A stretch of 32,000 bases of DNA from Flavobacteriaceae bacterium (GCA_965224465.1 OZ245049.1:2760001-2792000); one strand, 5' to 3'. Shown: positions 6,824 to 16,715, numbered from the stretch's first letter. Made by a program: numbers and translations. The notes: generated by a model from the letters alone, not told the origin.

Positions 6824-9046
6824 ATGAAAAATAAAATGAACATTAAATCAATTTTACCTATTGCAATGTTAGTAGGAGCCCTTGTCTTTACGGGATGTAA
6901 AGATGACTTTTCTGAAAAAGATTTTTTAGATAAACAATACGAATTGACAGAGCAAAAAGCAGCTTCAGACCATGCAAGATCTTTAGCCTTACTTGCAGCA
7001 ACTGCTAAAAGTGAACAAGATTTAACAAAGTTAAATGCTCAAATAGCAAAAGAACAACGCGAAGCATTTTTATTGGCATACCAAAATGCAGGATTATTGG
7101 TAAAAGCAAACATTATAGTTTTAGATGTAATCACAAAAAAACCAGTAGCAGGAGCCACCGTTAGTTTATTTGGAAAAGAAGCAACTACAAGTACACAAGG
7201 TATTGCTAGTTTTACAGATGTAGCAATTGGAGCAGGAGACGTAAAATTATCAGCTACTAATTATTACACTGCAACAAGTCCAGCATTGATTGCTTATGAA
7301 AAACCAGCAGTAGCAGAAGGTGGTCTTCCACTACAACGTACAATCTCAGCAACCATGCGAATGTTAGCAAATGGAAGCATTGCAGAAAGTGCCGTTATGG
7401 TAAAAGGAAAAGTTACTTTAGACAGTGATTTGACAAACCCTATTACGGAAAGCCCAAAAGCCATCGTAATTCGTATAGACTATGCAGCAGCGATGAATTT
7501 ATCAACAAGTTCTAAAGGTATTGTTTTTAGTTCATATCTATTAGACAGTCCTGATTTTGGAGAAGCTAAAGTAGACCCAAAAACTGGAGCATACGCTATT
7601 TCAGTACCTGCAATTAACGACATCAAATTAATCTTACCAGAAACAGAAGAAGAGATTACTTACTTGATGAAAAACCCAGCGTATGACGCCAATGATAAAA
7701 CTTCTGAAAAATACCTATTAAAAAAAGAAACTGCTGTATTTAAGATCGATAAGACGAATACTCCAGATTACTTTTTTGATGTTCCTACTTCAGATCTTTA
7801 CACGTATGAGTTTGATGCATTAAAAGGAAGTGCTTTTGATTTAGGATTTACGCAACTATTTGATAATATTTATGGGTCGAAGTCCTCAAACACAAACTCG
7901 AATTACACCTTCACTAAAGGAACTGGATACACCGCTATTCCTAAAGCAAGTTTAACTGCTGCTGGTAGCGATGCAGTAGAAAACGACAAGATATATGTTG
8001 ACGCAAGTGTAGAGGTAAACAAACTTGGATTTGCTGGAGGTGATGCCACCGTAATTACATCAAAAGTATACCAGTTAGAGGTTGAATACATAGACCAAAA
8101 CGGATCTAAAAAAACCATGAGCACCATGGACATAAATGTAATTGTAAATGGAACAGCCATCACTTACACGCCAACAAGCAACGTAGCTATAAACATAAGT
8201 AATATATCTAAAATAAATGAGTTTAAACTATCGGGTGTGCCTGACAATGCACAACCAAACATTACCTATGCATTTTTATTTGTTGATGTAAAACATATTA
8301 ACATCATAAAAGGAACAAGTCCAAAAAAACCTGGAACCTATACAGCAGCACCAATTGTTACATTTACTGGAGGCGAACCTAAAATAGCAGCTAAATTCAA
8401 ATTTGCTACAGACATGGAAAGCAGATGGGCAGTAACAATTAAAAATCACGGTCAAGATTACGAAGCAATGCCAGACATCAAGTACACTTCTCAAACAGGA
8501 ATCGAAGTTGTAAAATTCACCAAACATGACGATGAATTTAATCTTGATAATACATACACTTCACTGGAAGATGCTTTTGTTTTAAATACAAATGGAACTA
8601 TCACAAAAAACTTGGATAAATACACCGACTTTAAAACTGGAAACCTTAGACCTAGCGAAGTTGCTACAATTATAGAAGATAAGATATCAGACAGTAGAAG
8701 AGCAAAAATTAGTTTTACTTATACAACTAATAATGACAAACTAAATGACATCAAAGATCTAAACAAAGAGCAATGGGAAAAAGCATACAAAACAAAACCT
8801 GAACATCGCATGCTTAAAAACTACAAATGGGTAAAAGATGTAGTGACACCATTAGAATTTACTGTAGCATACGATTCTAACGGAACAGCTCCAAAAAGTA
8901 TCATCACTAAAAAAGGAACTGGAAAAGGGTATATGAATCCACAAGCACAAAAAGAGGTTAAGAATCCAAATGCAATATCAGCTTCTGACAAAGGAAAAAC
9001 AATTGTTAGAAATTTTGCTTACGGAATAGGTAAACTAAAAGAATAA
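6824..9046 (+). CDS. Large lipoprotein of unknown function with an N-terminal coiled segment and a carboxypeptidase-regulatory-like (CarboxypepD_reg) domain
   Basis: Lipobox ...LVFTGC-KDD. The segment IIVLDVITKKPVAGATVSLFGKEATTSTQGIASFTDV...VKLSATNYY resembles a CarboxypepD_reg fold. The remaining ~570 aa are beta-rich with no motif I recognise. The start lies 26 bp after the OMP gene stop. Confidence 0.7.
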   Translation: MKNKMNIKSILPIAMLVGALVFTGCKDDFSEKDFLDKQYELTEQKAASDHARSLALLAATAKSEQDLTKLNAQIAKEQREAFLLAYQNAGLLVKANIIVLDVITKKPVAGATVSLFGKEATTSTQGIASFTDVAIGAGDVKLSATNYYTATSPALIAYEKPAVAEGGLPLQRTISATMRMLANGSIAESAVMVKGKVTLDSDLTNPITESPKAIVIRIDYAAAMNLSTSSKGIVFSSYLLDSPDFGEAKVDPKTGAYAISVPAINDIKLILPETEEEITYLMKNPAYDANDKTSEKYLLKKETAVFKIDKTNTPDYFFDVPTSDLYTYEFDALKGSAFDLGFTQLFDNIYGSKSSNTNSNYTFTKGTGYTAIPKASLTAAGSDAVENDKIYVDASVEVNKLGFAGGDATVITSKVYQLEVEYIDQNGSKKTMSTMDINVIVNGTAITYTPTSNVAINISNISKINEFKLSGVPDNAQPNITYAFLFVDVKHINIIKGTSPKKPGTYTAAPIVTFTGGEPKIAAKFKFATDMESRWAVTIKNHGQDYEAMPDIKYTSQTGIEVVKFTKHDDEFNLDNTYTSLEDAFVLNTNGTITKNLDKYTDFKTGNLRPSEVATIIEDKISDSRRAKISFTYTTNNDKLNDIKDLNKEQWEKAYKTKPEHRMLKNYKWVKDVVTPLEFTVAYDSNGTAPKSIITKKGTGKGYMNPQAQKEVKNPNAISASDKGKTIVRNFAYGIGKLKE

Positions 9047-9063
9047 TTTGTAATTAAAATTAC

Positions 9064-9091
9064 AAGACCTGTAATACAAGGTCTTATTTTT
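9064..9091 (+). terminator. Hairpin terminator after the lipoprotein gene
   Basis: AAGACCT (9064-9070) / AGGTCTT (9079-9085), 8-nt loop, then ATTTTT. Confidence 0.55.
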
Positions 9092-9103
9092 GAGATTTGG
9101 TTT

Positions 9104-9141
9104 AAAAAAGGTAGTGATTTTCGAATCACTACCTTTTTTTT
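9104..9141. terminator. Strong, potentially bidirectional rho-independent terminator
   Basis: AAAAAAGGTAGTGATT-TTCG-AATCACTACCTTTTTTTT: a perfect 10-bp GC-containing stem flanked by an A-run and a T-run, between convergent genes. Confidence 0.8.
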
Positions 9142-9233
9142 ATAGATTAAAAAAATAAAGATTTTTATAAAGGACACCTTCTAGCACCTAACTATATGTG
9201 CAAAGTCATATCATTATCTTTAATTATACCACA

Positions 9234-9290
9234 CAATTCAAAATGATCGATATAAATAGTTTATTTTACGTTCTAGCATTGTTAAAAAAA
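9234..9290 (-). repeat. Foldback repeat copy D: 3' arm in inverted orientation, other arm degenerate
   Basis: The reverse complement reads ...AACAATGCTAGAACGTAAAATAAACTATTTATATCGATCATTTTGAATTG, matching the 3' arms of copies A-C. Confidence 0.7.
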
Positions 9291-9353
9291 TAATGACTCC
9301 TTAAATAAACAGAAAATCTAATTCAAAATATTCAAGATAAAGATTCCATAATT

Positions 9354-10121
9354 TTAAACCACCAATACTTCGATACCCAATTCCAATAAACGTTCCTTTG
9401 TTGTAGTATCTATCCCTGTATCCGTTATAATTTGGTCAACATTATCCAACCCACAGATACGTCCGAACCCTTTTTTTCCAAATTTAGAAGAATCGACTAA
9501 AACAATAATTTTTTGAGCAGATTTTATCATCACTTTATTCAAGGAAGCCTCCATAGAATTGGTCGTTGTTAAGCCATGCTCTATATCAATACCATCCACT
9601 CCTAAATACAATTTATTACAGGTGAATTCTGCCAGCATCTTTTCCCCTAAAGGACCAATAATAGACGAAGAGCTCGCGCGAATAATACCGCCCAACTGAA
9701 TCACTTCCACATGTGGGACTTTAGATACAATCAAAGCTGTATTTAAAGAAGCCGTGATTACCGTCAAATTTTCCACCTCTCTAATCTGTCTAGCAAATTC
9801 AATCAAAGTAGTTCCAGAAGCAATAATAATATTATCGTTAGGTTCTACCGTACCAGCAGCAGCCGTTGCGATACTACGCTTCTCTTCTACAGAAATTTTT
9901 TCTTTTTCGTTGATCGGACGCGTTGTAATATAAGGATTGAAAGGAATGGCACGCCCATGAGAACGAAAAAGCAATTCTCGTTCCTCCAGGAGTTTCAAAT
10001 CCTTTCTAATAGTAACAGAAGACACCTTAAACTCTTTACTCAATTCAATAGCGCTAACGTTACCATACTTCGCTAATTTCTTTAAAATCAACTCATGTCT
10101 TTCGACGATACTCAATCCCAT
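9354..10121 (-). CDS. glpR: DeoR/GlpR-family transcriptional repressor
   Basis: N-terminal DeoR HTH (RHELILKKLAKYGNVSAIELSKEFKVSSVTIRKDLKLLEE) plus a C-terminal DeoR sugar-phosphate sensor domain. It is divergent from glpD-glpT, so the symbol is inferred from context. Confidence 0.8.
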   Translation of the reverse strand: MGLSIVERHELILKKLAKYGNVSAIELSKEFKVSSVTIRKDLKLLEERELLFRSHGRAIPFNPYITTRPINEKEKISVEEKRSIATAAAGTVEPNDNIIIASGTTLIEFARQIREVENLTVITASLNTALIVSKVPHVEVIQLGGIIRASSSSIIGPLGEKMLAEFTCNKLYLGVDGIDIEHGLTTTNSMEASLNKVMIKSAQKIIVLVDSSKFGKKGFGRICGLDNVDQIITDTGIDTTTKERLLELGIEVLVV

Positions 10122-10585
10122 AGATATCTCTTTTGTGATTCAAAGATAATCTTTTTAAACAAACAGCAAGAAACAATCACGTTTACAGCAGCTTTCAAAC
10201 ACAATAGGAGTACTTATAAAACCTTTTAAACAAAAAAACAAAGCACTTAACGTTTCATAATCTTTCGTTTTAAGTGATAAAAGTTTCAAGTCAGAATAGA
10301 TCAAAACACAGTAAACGATCCAATTTCAAAAATAAAGATGATTTTGATCAACGAAAACGATTGATACTAAACATTGCTAAAACGTGACTACCCAAGCACA
10401 TTAGAATAAAAACCAATTCGTTTATCATAAAAAAAATTCATTCACAACCTTAGTAAGTGAAAAATTACCTAATTTGCTGCTTTAAAATAAAAAATAACTT
10501 TCGTTTAGTTTGTTTTTCTTTCGAATTGTTATAATTTAGCAAGAAATAAAAGTCTCAATAAAACAAACATAAAAAAACAGTTATT

Positions 10586-12145
10586 ATGAATAGGGAGGAA
10601 ATGATTCACTCGGTAAACACGACAAATAAAACCTATGATTTTATAATTATAGGAGGTGGCGCCACAGGACTGGGAACTGCACTTGAAGCAGCTTCACGTG
10701 GGTATTCCGTTGTGTTAGTAGAACAAGACGATTTCACCAAAGGAACTTCGAGTCGAAGTACCAAATTAGTTCATGGAGGAGTTCGCTATTTAGCACAAGG
10801 CGATTTACCTTTAGTTTTAGAAGCCTTACGCGAGAGAGGTCTTATGAAACAAAATGCACCACACTTAGTAAAAGATCAAAAATTTATCATACCAAGTTAT
10901 AGCTGGTGGGTAAAACCATATTACACCGTAGGATTAACAATGTATGATTTACTTTCTGGACGTTTGAGTCTTGGAAGGTCTTTACCATACTCAAGAAAAA
11001 AAACAATCAAATGCATCCCCACGCTTAAAACAAAAAACTTAAACGGAGGAGTTGTGTATCACGATGGACAATTTGACGATGCTAGGTTTGGAATTAATTT
11101 AGCACAAACAGTGGTAGAAAAAGGAGGTATCTGTCTAAATTACACAAAAGTAATTGGTTTACTTAAAGAAGATTCAAAGGTAAATGGCGTTCGTATAAAA
11201 GACGCACTTTCTGGTAAGGAATTTGAAATAAAAGGAAAAGCAATTATCAACGCAACAGGTGTATTTATTGATGAAATTCGAAAAATGGACGAACCTAAAG
11301 CAAACAAAATGGTGTGTGTAAGTCAAGGCGTTCATTTGGTATTAGACAAAGAATTCTGTCCAAACGATTTTGCAATCATGATACCACAAACCAGTGACGG
11401 ACGCGTATTATTTGCAGTGCCATGGCATGGTAAAATTGTAGTAGGAACAACCGATGTTATGAAAGAAGATGCCGAATTGGAACCAAAAGCATTGGACGAG
11501 GAAATAGATTTTATTCTAGAAACTGCGGGTCGTTATTTAACAAAAGAACCAACCCGTGCTGATGTAAAAAGTGTATTTGCTGGACTTAGACCATTAGCCG
11601 CTCCCGAAAAAGGAAGTAAAAAAACTAAAGAAATATCTAGAGGGCATAAAATTGTAGTTTCAGAAGCAGGAATGCTCACCATTACAGGAGGAAAATGGAC
11701 GACCTACAGACAAATGGGAGAAGATGTAATCAATCGCATTCTAAAAAACAAAGATTTTAAACAAACAAAATCTAACACCAGACATCTACGAATCCACGGA
11801 TATAAGGAAAATATAGACTTGAACGATCCATTGTATTTTTACGGAACAGATAAAGAAGGGATTCTAGACATTGCAAAAGCAGAAAACTTAACAGGTTATG
11901 TAAGTGAAACCTTAGAGATTATTGAAGCGCAAGTAGTCTGGGCAGTACGTTTTGAAATGGCAAAAACCGTTGAAGATGTACTTGCACGAAGAACAAGATC
12001 CTTATTCTTAGACGCAAAAGAAAGCGTAGCTATTTCACCTAAAGTTGCTGCTATAATGGCAACAGAAATGGGCCATGATAAAACATGGGAAAACGCACAA
12101 GTAGCTAACTTTAAAGAAATCTCAAAAAACTATATTTTAAACTAA
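10586..12145 (+). CDS. glpD: FAD-dependent glycerol-3-phosphate dehydrogenase
   Basis: Dinucleotide-binding motif [34 protein letters not shown], and a ~520-aa length with a C-terminal GlpD-type domain. Confidence 0.9.
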   Translation: MNREEMIHSVNTTNKTYDFIIIGGGATGLGTALEAASRGYSVVLVEQDDFTKGTSSRSTKLVHGGVRYLAQGDLPLVLEALRERGLMKQNAPHLVKDQKFIIPSYSWWVKPYYTVGLTMYDLLSGRLSLGRSLPYSRKKTIKCIPTLKTKNLNGGVVYHDGQFDDARFGINLAQTVVEKGGICLNYTKVIGLLKEDSKVNGVRIKDALSGKEFEIKGKAIINATGVFIDEIRKMDEPKANKMVCVSQGVHLVLDKEFCPNDFAIMIPQTSDGRVLFAVPWHGKIVVGTTDVMKEDAELEPKALDEEIDFILETAGRYLTKEPTRADVKSVFAGLRPLAAPEKGSKKTKEISRGHKIVVSEAGMLTITGGKWTTYRQMGEDVINRILKNKDFKQTKSNTRHLRIHGYKENIDLNDPLYFYGTDKEGILDIAKAENLTGYVSETLEIIEAQVVWAVRFEMAKTVEDVLARRTRSLFLDAKESVAISPKVAAIMATEMGHDKTWENAQVANFKEISKNYILN

Positions 12146-12161
12146 ATACACATCACATATT

Positions 12162-13499
12162 ATGATCAGTTTTTTTAAACCCGCCGCTCATAAAAGTCGG
12201 CTACCAGAAGACAAAATAGACGCGAGCTATAAAAGATTGCGTTTGCAGGTGTTTTTAGGGATATTTGCAGGATACGCAGGATACTACTTAGTCCGCAAAG
12301 TGTTTTCTCTGGTGATGCCCGATTTAATAGCACAAGGCTATACAAAAACTGAATTAGGACTAGCACTCTCAGGAGTATCAATCGCTTATGGATTGAGTAA
12401 ATTTTTAATGGGGAATGTATCTGACCGTAGCAATGCACGTGTTTTTTTAACAGTAGGATTGTCTTTGTCTGCCATAACTATGATTGCTATGGGTACATTG
12501 CCTATTGCCACCTCATCTATAGGCATTATGTTTGTTTTATTATTAATAAACGGATGGTTTCAAGGAATGGGATGGCCTCCATGTGGACGTGTAATGGTAC
12601 ACTGGTTCTCCATCCGAGAACGCGGAACCAAAATGTCTATCTGGAATGTTGCACATAATGTAGGTGGAGGGATTATAGGCCCCCTAGCCATATTAGGAGT
12701 GGCTATTTTTGCAGATTGGCATGCTAAATTATATTTTCCAGGATTTATTGCGCTTGGCGTAGCCGTTTTAACATGGTTCTTGATTCGCGATACACCACAA
12801 TCCTGTGGACTACCAAATATTGAAGCTTATAAAAATGACTACCCAGAGAACTACACGGAGAGTTTTGAAAAAGAAATGACCTCCAAGGAGATATTTGTAA
12901 AATACATCTTTAAAAACAAATTACTTTGGGCGATAGCTTTCGCAAACGCTTTTGTATATCTAGTACGTTACGGAGTACTCGACTGGGCTCCTTTATACTT
13001 AGAGGAAAGCAAAGGGTTTTCTATTAAAGAATCTGGATGGGCATACTTTTTATTCGAATATGCGGGTATACCAGGTACTTTATTATGCGGCTATTTAAGC
13101 GATAAAGTATTCAAAGGAAAACGCGCACCAGTAAGCATCATTTACATGATTTTAGTAATGGCTTCTGTATTTATGTACTGGACAAGTGATTCGCTCTTAG
13201 CAATTTCAATAGCCTTAGTCTGTATCGGGTTTTTAATCTATGGTCCTGTAATGCTAATTGGTGTACACGCCTTGGATTTAGTTCCTAAAAAAGCAGCAGG
13301 AACCGCCGCTGGTCTAACTGGACTTTTCGGATACCTAGGAGGTGCCATGTTTGCAAACATAGCAATGGGAATTGTAGTTGACCGCTGGGGCTGGGACGGA
13401 GGATTTATGGTATTACTATCCGCCTGTGTCATCGCAATATTATTGATAGCGTATTCATGGAGACTAGAAAACAAAGGACATAATGGAATACATGTATAA
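12162..13499 (+). CDS. glpT: Glycerol-3-phosphate transporter (MFS, organophosphate:Pi antiporter family)
   Basis: 12-TM MFS protein with GlpT/UhpT-like motifs ([44 protein letters not shown]). It starts 16 bp after glpD. Confidence 0.9.
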   Translation: MISFFKPAAHKSRLPEDKIDASYKRLRLQVFLGIFAGYAGYYLVRKVFSLVMPDLIAQGYTKTELGLALSGVSIAYGLSKFLMGNVSDRSNARVFLTVGLSLSAITMIAMGTLPIATSSIGIMFVLLLINGWFQGMGWPPCGRVMVHWFSIRERGTKMSIWNVAHNVGGGIIGPLAILGVAIFADWHAKLYFPGFIALGVAVLTWFLIRDTPQSCGLPNIEAYKNDYPENYTESFEKEMTSKEIFVKYIFKNKLLWAIAFANAFVYLVRYGVLDWAPLYLEESKGFSIKESGWAYFLFEYAGIPGTLLCGYLSDKVFKGKRAPVSIIYMILVMASVFMYWTSDSLLAISIALVCIGFLIYGPVMLIGVHALDLVPKKAAGTAAGLTGLFGYLGGAMFANIAMGIVVDRWGWDGGFMVLLSACVIAILLIAYSWRLENKGHNGIHV

Positions 13500-13751
13500 T
13501 TAGTATTTAATAGTGAGTCATGAGTAATTAGCCATGCGTTGAGCACTGATATGATTTTAAGTCCAATTAAAAACAAACAAAGCTCGCAACCTCTTTGACT
13601 AATTACTCATTACGCATCCCAAAAAGTGCACACACAGAGATAAAAATCGAATCACTGAGGGGTTGCAGTTGGCAGTGGAGAGTGAAAAGATGACAGTTGT
13701 CAGAAATAAAAAAAATACAATCAAACAATAATAATTATTAAACCAAATCAA

Positions 13752-15104
13752 ATGACTACATTAAATCTAAGAAGATTCCTTAGCGGATCTTTAGTAATTT
13801 GTCTACTCGCATTCGTCGGATGTGACGACGATACAAAAGACTTAAATAGTTTGAATCAATCAGAGAAGATTGAGCTTAAAACTGTTAATGCTGCTACTTT
13901 GGCAGTAATCGAACAATTAAAAAAAGATGCACCTGACGCTGTTATAGCACATCGTGGATCAACATTTTGGGCACCAGAAGAAACAGAAGCAGCATTCCGT
14001 TGGGCTCGAAATATGGGAGCTGATTACTTGGAAATAGACATTCAAAAAACTTCTGATGGGGTTTTGTTGGCATTGCACGACAATAATTTACGTCGTACTT
14101 CAGATGTAGAAAGTATCTACCCAGGAAAAGCAGATTATGACCTTAGTAAATTCACCTTAAAAGAATTACGTGCTTTAGACGCAGGATCTTGGTTTAACGA
14201 AGATCAAACAGCAAATGCACGTCTAGAATTTATCAATCAAAAAATATCAACTCTAAAAGATGTTTTATTGATTGCAGAAGGAATGAAAGTAAAAAGAGAT
14301 GAGGACCGAAACCCTTACTACATCACAAAAGACGGAGGAGAAACATTAGATCTTGCAGCAGCAGCTACAGGTGAATTTGTAATGGTTATTGATGATAAAG
14401 ACAATGGAAATCGCCCAGGAGTATACATAGAAACAAAAGAACCATGGAGATTCAAAAACATGGAACAAACACTTGCTGAAGACTTAAAATCGTACGGATG
14501 GCTAACTACAGACGCTCCAAAAACAATTCCTACAACTATCGGAAAAGTTGGTGTCGCTAATACCAAATCTAGAATTATATTACAAACATTCTCTTGGAAC
14601 AGCGTTATTTTACTAGAACAATTCTTACCAAACGTTCCCAAGTGTATGTTGTTATGGAAAGGTGGGTATGACAATCTAAAAGACGATAGCGCAGACATGA
14701 TTGCGGATGTATTAAATTTCTCTGTAGAACACAACGTTCATATTGTAGGTCCATCAATAGCAGGTGCACCAAACAAATACCACGAATTAACAAATACATG
14801 GATGAACGAAATGTACCACCGTCCTGGATTTATAATTCACGCATATTCATTCGACACCTTAGACCAACTTAAAAAATACAATGGCGATTACTATTACGAA
14901 AATCAAGCTTCACGTTTTGACAATTCAGAAAGAGCAATAAACGCAGATTGGGCAGGGAAAATAGGAAGAACAAACTTTATTGATGGAGGTTTCACAAACT
15001 TAACAGACCTTTCTTTAAAATACCAAGGACGCTCAGAAACAGGAGTTACAGCACAGTCTGTACTAGCAGATCTAGGATACGGAACAGCAATAGGAAGAAA
15101 CTAA
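13752..15104 (+). CDS. glpQ: Glycerophosphodiester phosphodiesterase (GDPD domain), lipoprotein
   Basis: Lipobox LAFVGC-DDD. GDPD catalytic signature AHRGSTFWAPEETEAAF...GADYLEIDIQKTSDGVLLALHDNNLRRTSDV. Confidence 0.8.
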   Translation: MTTLNLRRFLSGSLVICLLAFVGCDDDTKDLNSLNQSEKIELKTVNAATLAVIEQLKKDAPDAVIAHRGSTFWAPEETEAAFRWARNMGADYLEIDIQKTSDGVLLALHDNNLRRTSDVESIYPGKADYDLSKFTLKELRALDAGSWFNEDQTANARLEFINQKISTLKDVLLIAEGMKVKRDEDRNPYYITKDGGETLDLAAAATGEFVMVIDDKDNGNRPGVYIETKEPWRFKNMEQTLAEDLKSYGWLTTDAPKTIPTTIGKVGVANTKSRIILQTFSWNSVILLEQFLPNVPKCMLLWKGGYDNLKDDSADMIADVLNFSVEHNVHIVGPSIAGAPNKYHELTNTWMNEMYHRPGFIIHAYSFDTLDQLKKYNGDYYYENQASRFDNSERAINADWAGKIGRTNFIDGGFTNLTDLSLKYQGRSETGVTAQSVLADLGYGTAIGRN

Positions 15105-15131
15105 TTTGTTAAAAACATTAAACTAAGAATC

Positions 15132-16439
15132 ATGATTAAATTTAAAAATATATCACTCCTATTCATCTCTATTGTACTTGCTTGCACAAGCGCAATTGCA
15201 CAAGAAGAAGAAAAAACGACTACAGAAAATGAATTTAACTGGTCTGTTGGAGGACGCGCCTATATGGATGGAGTCTACTACCAAGACGACGCTACAGATC
15301 TAAGTTCAAAAGTAAACATTAGCGATGTTCGAATTTTCGCCAAAGCATCATGGGGAAAATGGGATAGTAAAATAAATTTCAATTTTGCAGAAGACAAAGT
15401 ACAAGCAAAAGACATTTATGTAAACTATAACTTCACAAAAAATAGCGCATTGAAAATTGGTAATTTTTTCGAGCCTTTTGGTATCCAAGGATCTATATCT
15501 AGTAAAGACGCCCGTTTTATCGGAAGTTCTTTTTCTGGAGAAGCATTCGGAATCGGAAGAAGCGTAGGGGTTTCATATACTACATACGACACTAGCTACT
15601 ATGTATCTGGAGGATTGTTCGGAGGTCGTATTGGAAACAATAAAAAAGGAGATTCTGGATATAGCGCAACAGTAAAAGCAGTATACAGCCCAATCGTATC
15701 AGAAGAAATGAATTTCCACATTGGAACCTCTGCTTCTTACAGAAAACCAGATGCAAATGGATTTGACAGCAAATACAACGACGATGAATACAACCGCGAA
15801 GTAGTATTTAAAGCAGGTCCTGAACATACTTTTTTAAACGGAACTGTAAATCACGCCAAAAACGAATTGAAATTAAATGTTCAACTTTTGGGTACCTACA
15901 ATCGTTTTATGATCCAATCAGAATACTACAACAATAAAGTATATCGTAATTCAAGCTGGGATTTAGAATTCAAACACAGCACTCCAGACATGTGGGGATG
16001 GCCTTCTACACCGAAAGCACTAGAAAGCTGGTACGGTGAAAAAAGAGACATAGAAATGAGCGGTTACTACGTTCAAGCTGGCTACCTAATAAAAGGAGCT
16101 AACTACAGTTACGACGCATCTACAGCATACGTAAAACGCCCAGGAGCTGGATCTATAGAGATTTTAGGACGCATCAACAACACCAACCTAAACGATATTG
16201 ATGGAATATTTATGCAAAACAAATTTTGGAATGCAGATCCTTTAAAAGCATCTTCTGGACAAACAAACTTTAGCGTAGGTGGAGGAGAAAGCACAGACTA
16301 TTCTGTAGCCGTAAACTACTACATCAACAAAAACGTGTTATTTCGTTTAAACTACACGTATATGGATATTGACAATGAATACTTTAGACAAGACAAAAAT
16401 ATTTCTTTCTTAAAGGCTAGAATTCAAATCAACTTCTAA
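15132..16439 (+). CDS. Outer-membrane anion-selective porin, phosphate-selective porin O/P (OprO/OprP)-like
   Basis: Signal peptide ending AIAQ. The segment IGNFFEPFGIQGSISSKDARFI resembles the conserved Porin_O_P motif. It has a beta-barrel pattern with terminal ...RIQINF, and starts 27 bp after glpQ. Confidence 0.6.
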   Translation: MIKFKNISLLFISIVLACTSAIAQEEEKTTTENEFNWSVGGRAYMDGVYYQDDATDLSSKVNISDVRIFAKASWGKWDSKINFNFAEDKVQAKDIYVNYNFTKNSALKIGNFFEPFGIQGSISSKDARFIGSSFSGEAFGIGRSVGVSYTTYDTSYYVSGGLFGGRIGNNKKGDSGYSATVKAVYSPIVSEEMNFHIGTSASYRKPDANGFDSKYNDDEYNREVVFKAGPEHTFLNGTVNHAKNELKLNVQLLGTYNRFMIQSEYYNNKVYRNSSWDLEFKHSTPDMWGWPSTPKALESWYGEKRDIEMSGYYVQAGYLIKGANYSYDASTAYVKRPGAGSIEILGRINNTNLNDIDGIFMQNKFWNADPLKASSGQTNFSVGGGESTDYSVAVNYYINKNVLFRLNYTYMDIDNEYFRQDKNISFLKARIQINF

Positions 16440-16477
16440 AAAAACATCAAGCACTCAACAAAAAGGTTTGATTTTAG

Positions 16478-16510
16478 AAAAAGCAGTAACACGAGAGTGT
16501 TGCTGCTTTT
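16478..16510 (+). terminator. Rho-independent terminator of the glp/porin operon
   Basis: AAAAAGCAGTAACAC-GAGA-GTGTTGCTGCTTTT: an 11-bp stem with one G-U pair, followed by a T-run. Confidence 0.7.
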
Positions 16511-16577
16511 CTGCTTTACAAAAAACAGTGCCCTAAAATTGAAATTATAAAGAATCACCTACTTCACTAGTATTATG

Positions 16578-16715
16578 TTAATTAGATGTACAAGTAAGAT
16601 TTAGAAATGGAATTATTATTTGTTTTAGCTAGGCATAAAATCTAAGGATAGCCTTATCGTTCTATTTTTAAACAACGCTTGAACGTAAAATAAACTATAT
16701 ATATCGACACTATTG
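16578..16715 (+). repeat. Foldback intergenic repeat, copy C (outer 5' arm partly degenerate)
   Basis: ...AAGATTTAGAAATGGAATTATTATTTGTTTTAGCTAGGCATAAAATCTAAGGATAGCCTTATCGTTCTATTTTTAAACAACGCTTGAACGTAAAATAAACTATATATATCGACACTATTGGATTTAATTG aligns with copies A and B. Confidence 0.75.

Noticed and set aside
6358-8527. Minus-strand ORFs 6358-6540, 7903-8163 and 8276-8527, nested in the OMP and lipoprotein genes.
   Set aside because: They are antisense to long ORFs with signal or lipobox features, and there is no independent support.
12175-14799. Minus-strand ORFs 12175-12438, 13238-13576, 14318-14734 and 14605-14799, opposite glpT and glpQ.
   Set aside because: They are nested antisense frames of confidently identified genes. 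13238-13576 extends into the spacer only by read-through of an open antisense frame.
16109-16294. 61-aa minus-strand ORF inside the porin gene, and 62-aa plus-strand ORF at 18261-18449 inside the TonB-dependent receptor.
   Set aside because: They are short, nested antisense ORFs with no motifs.
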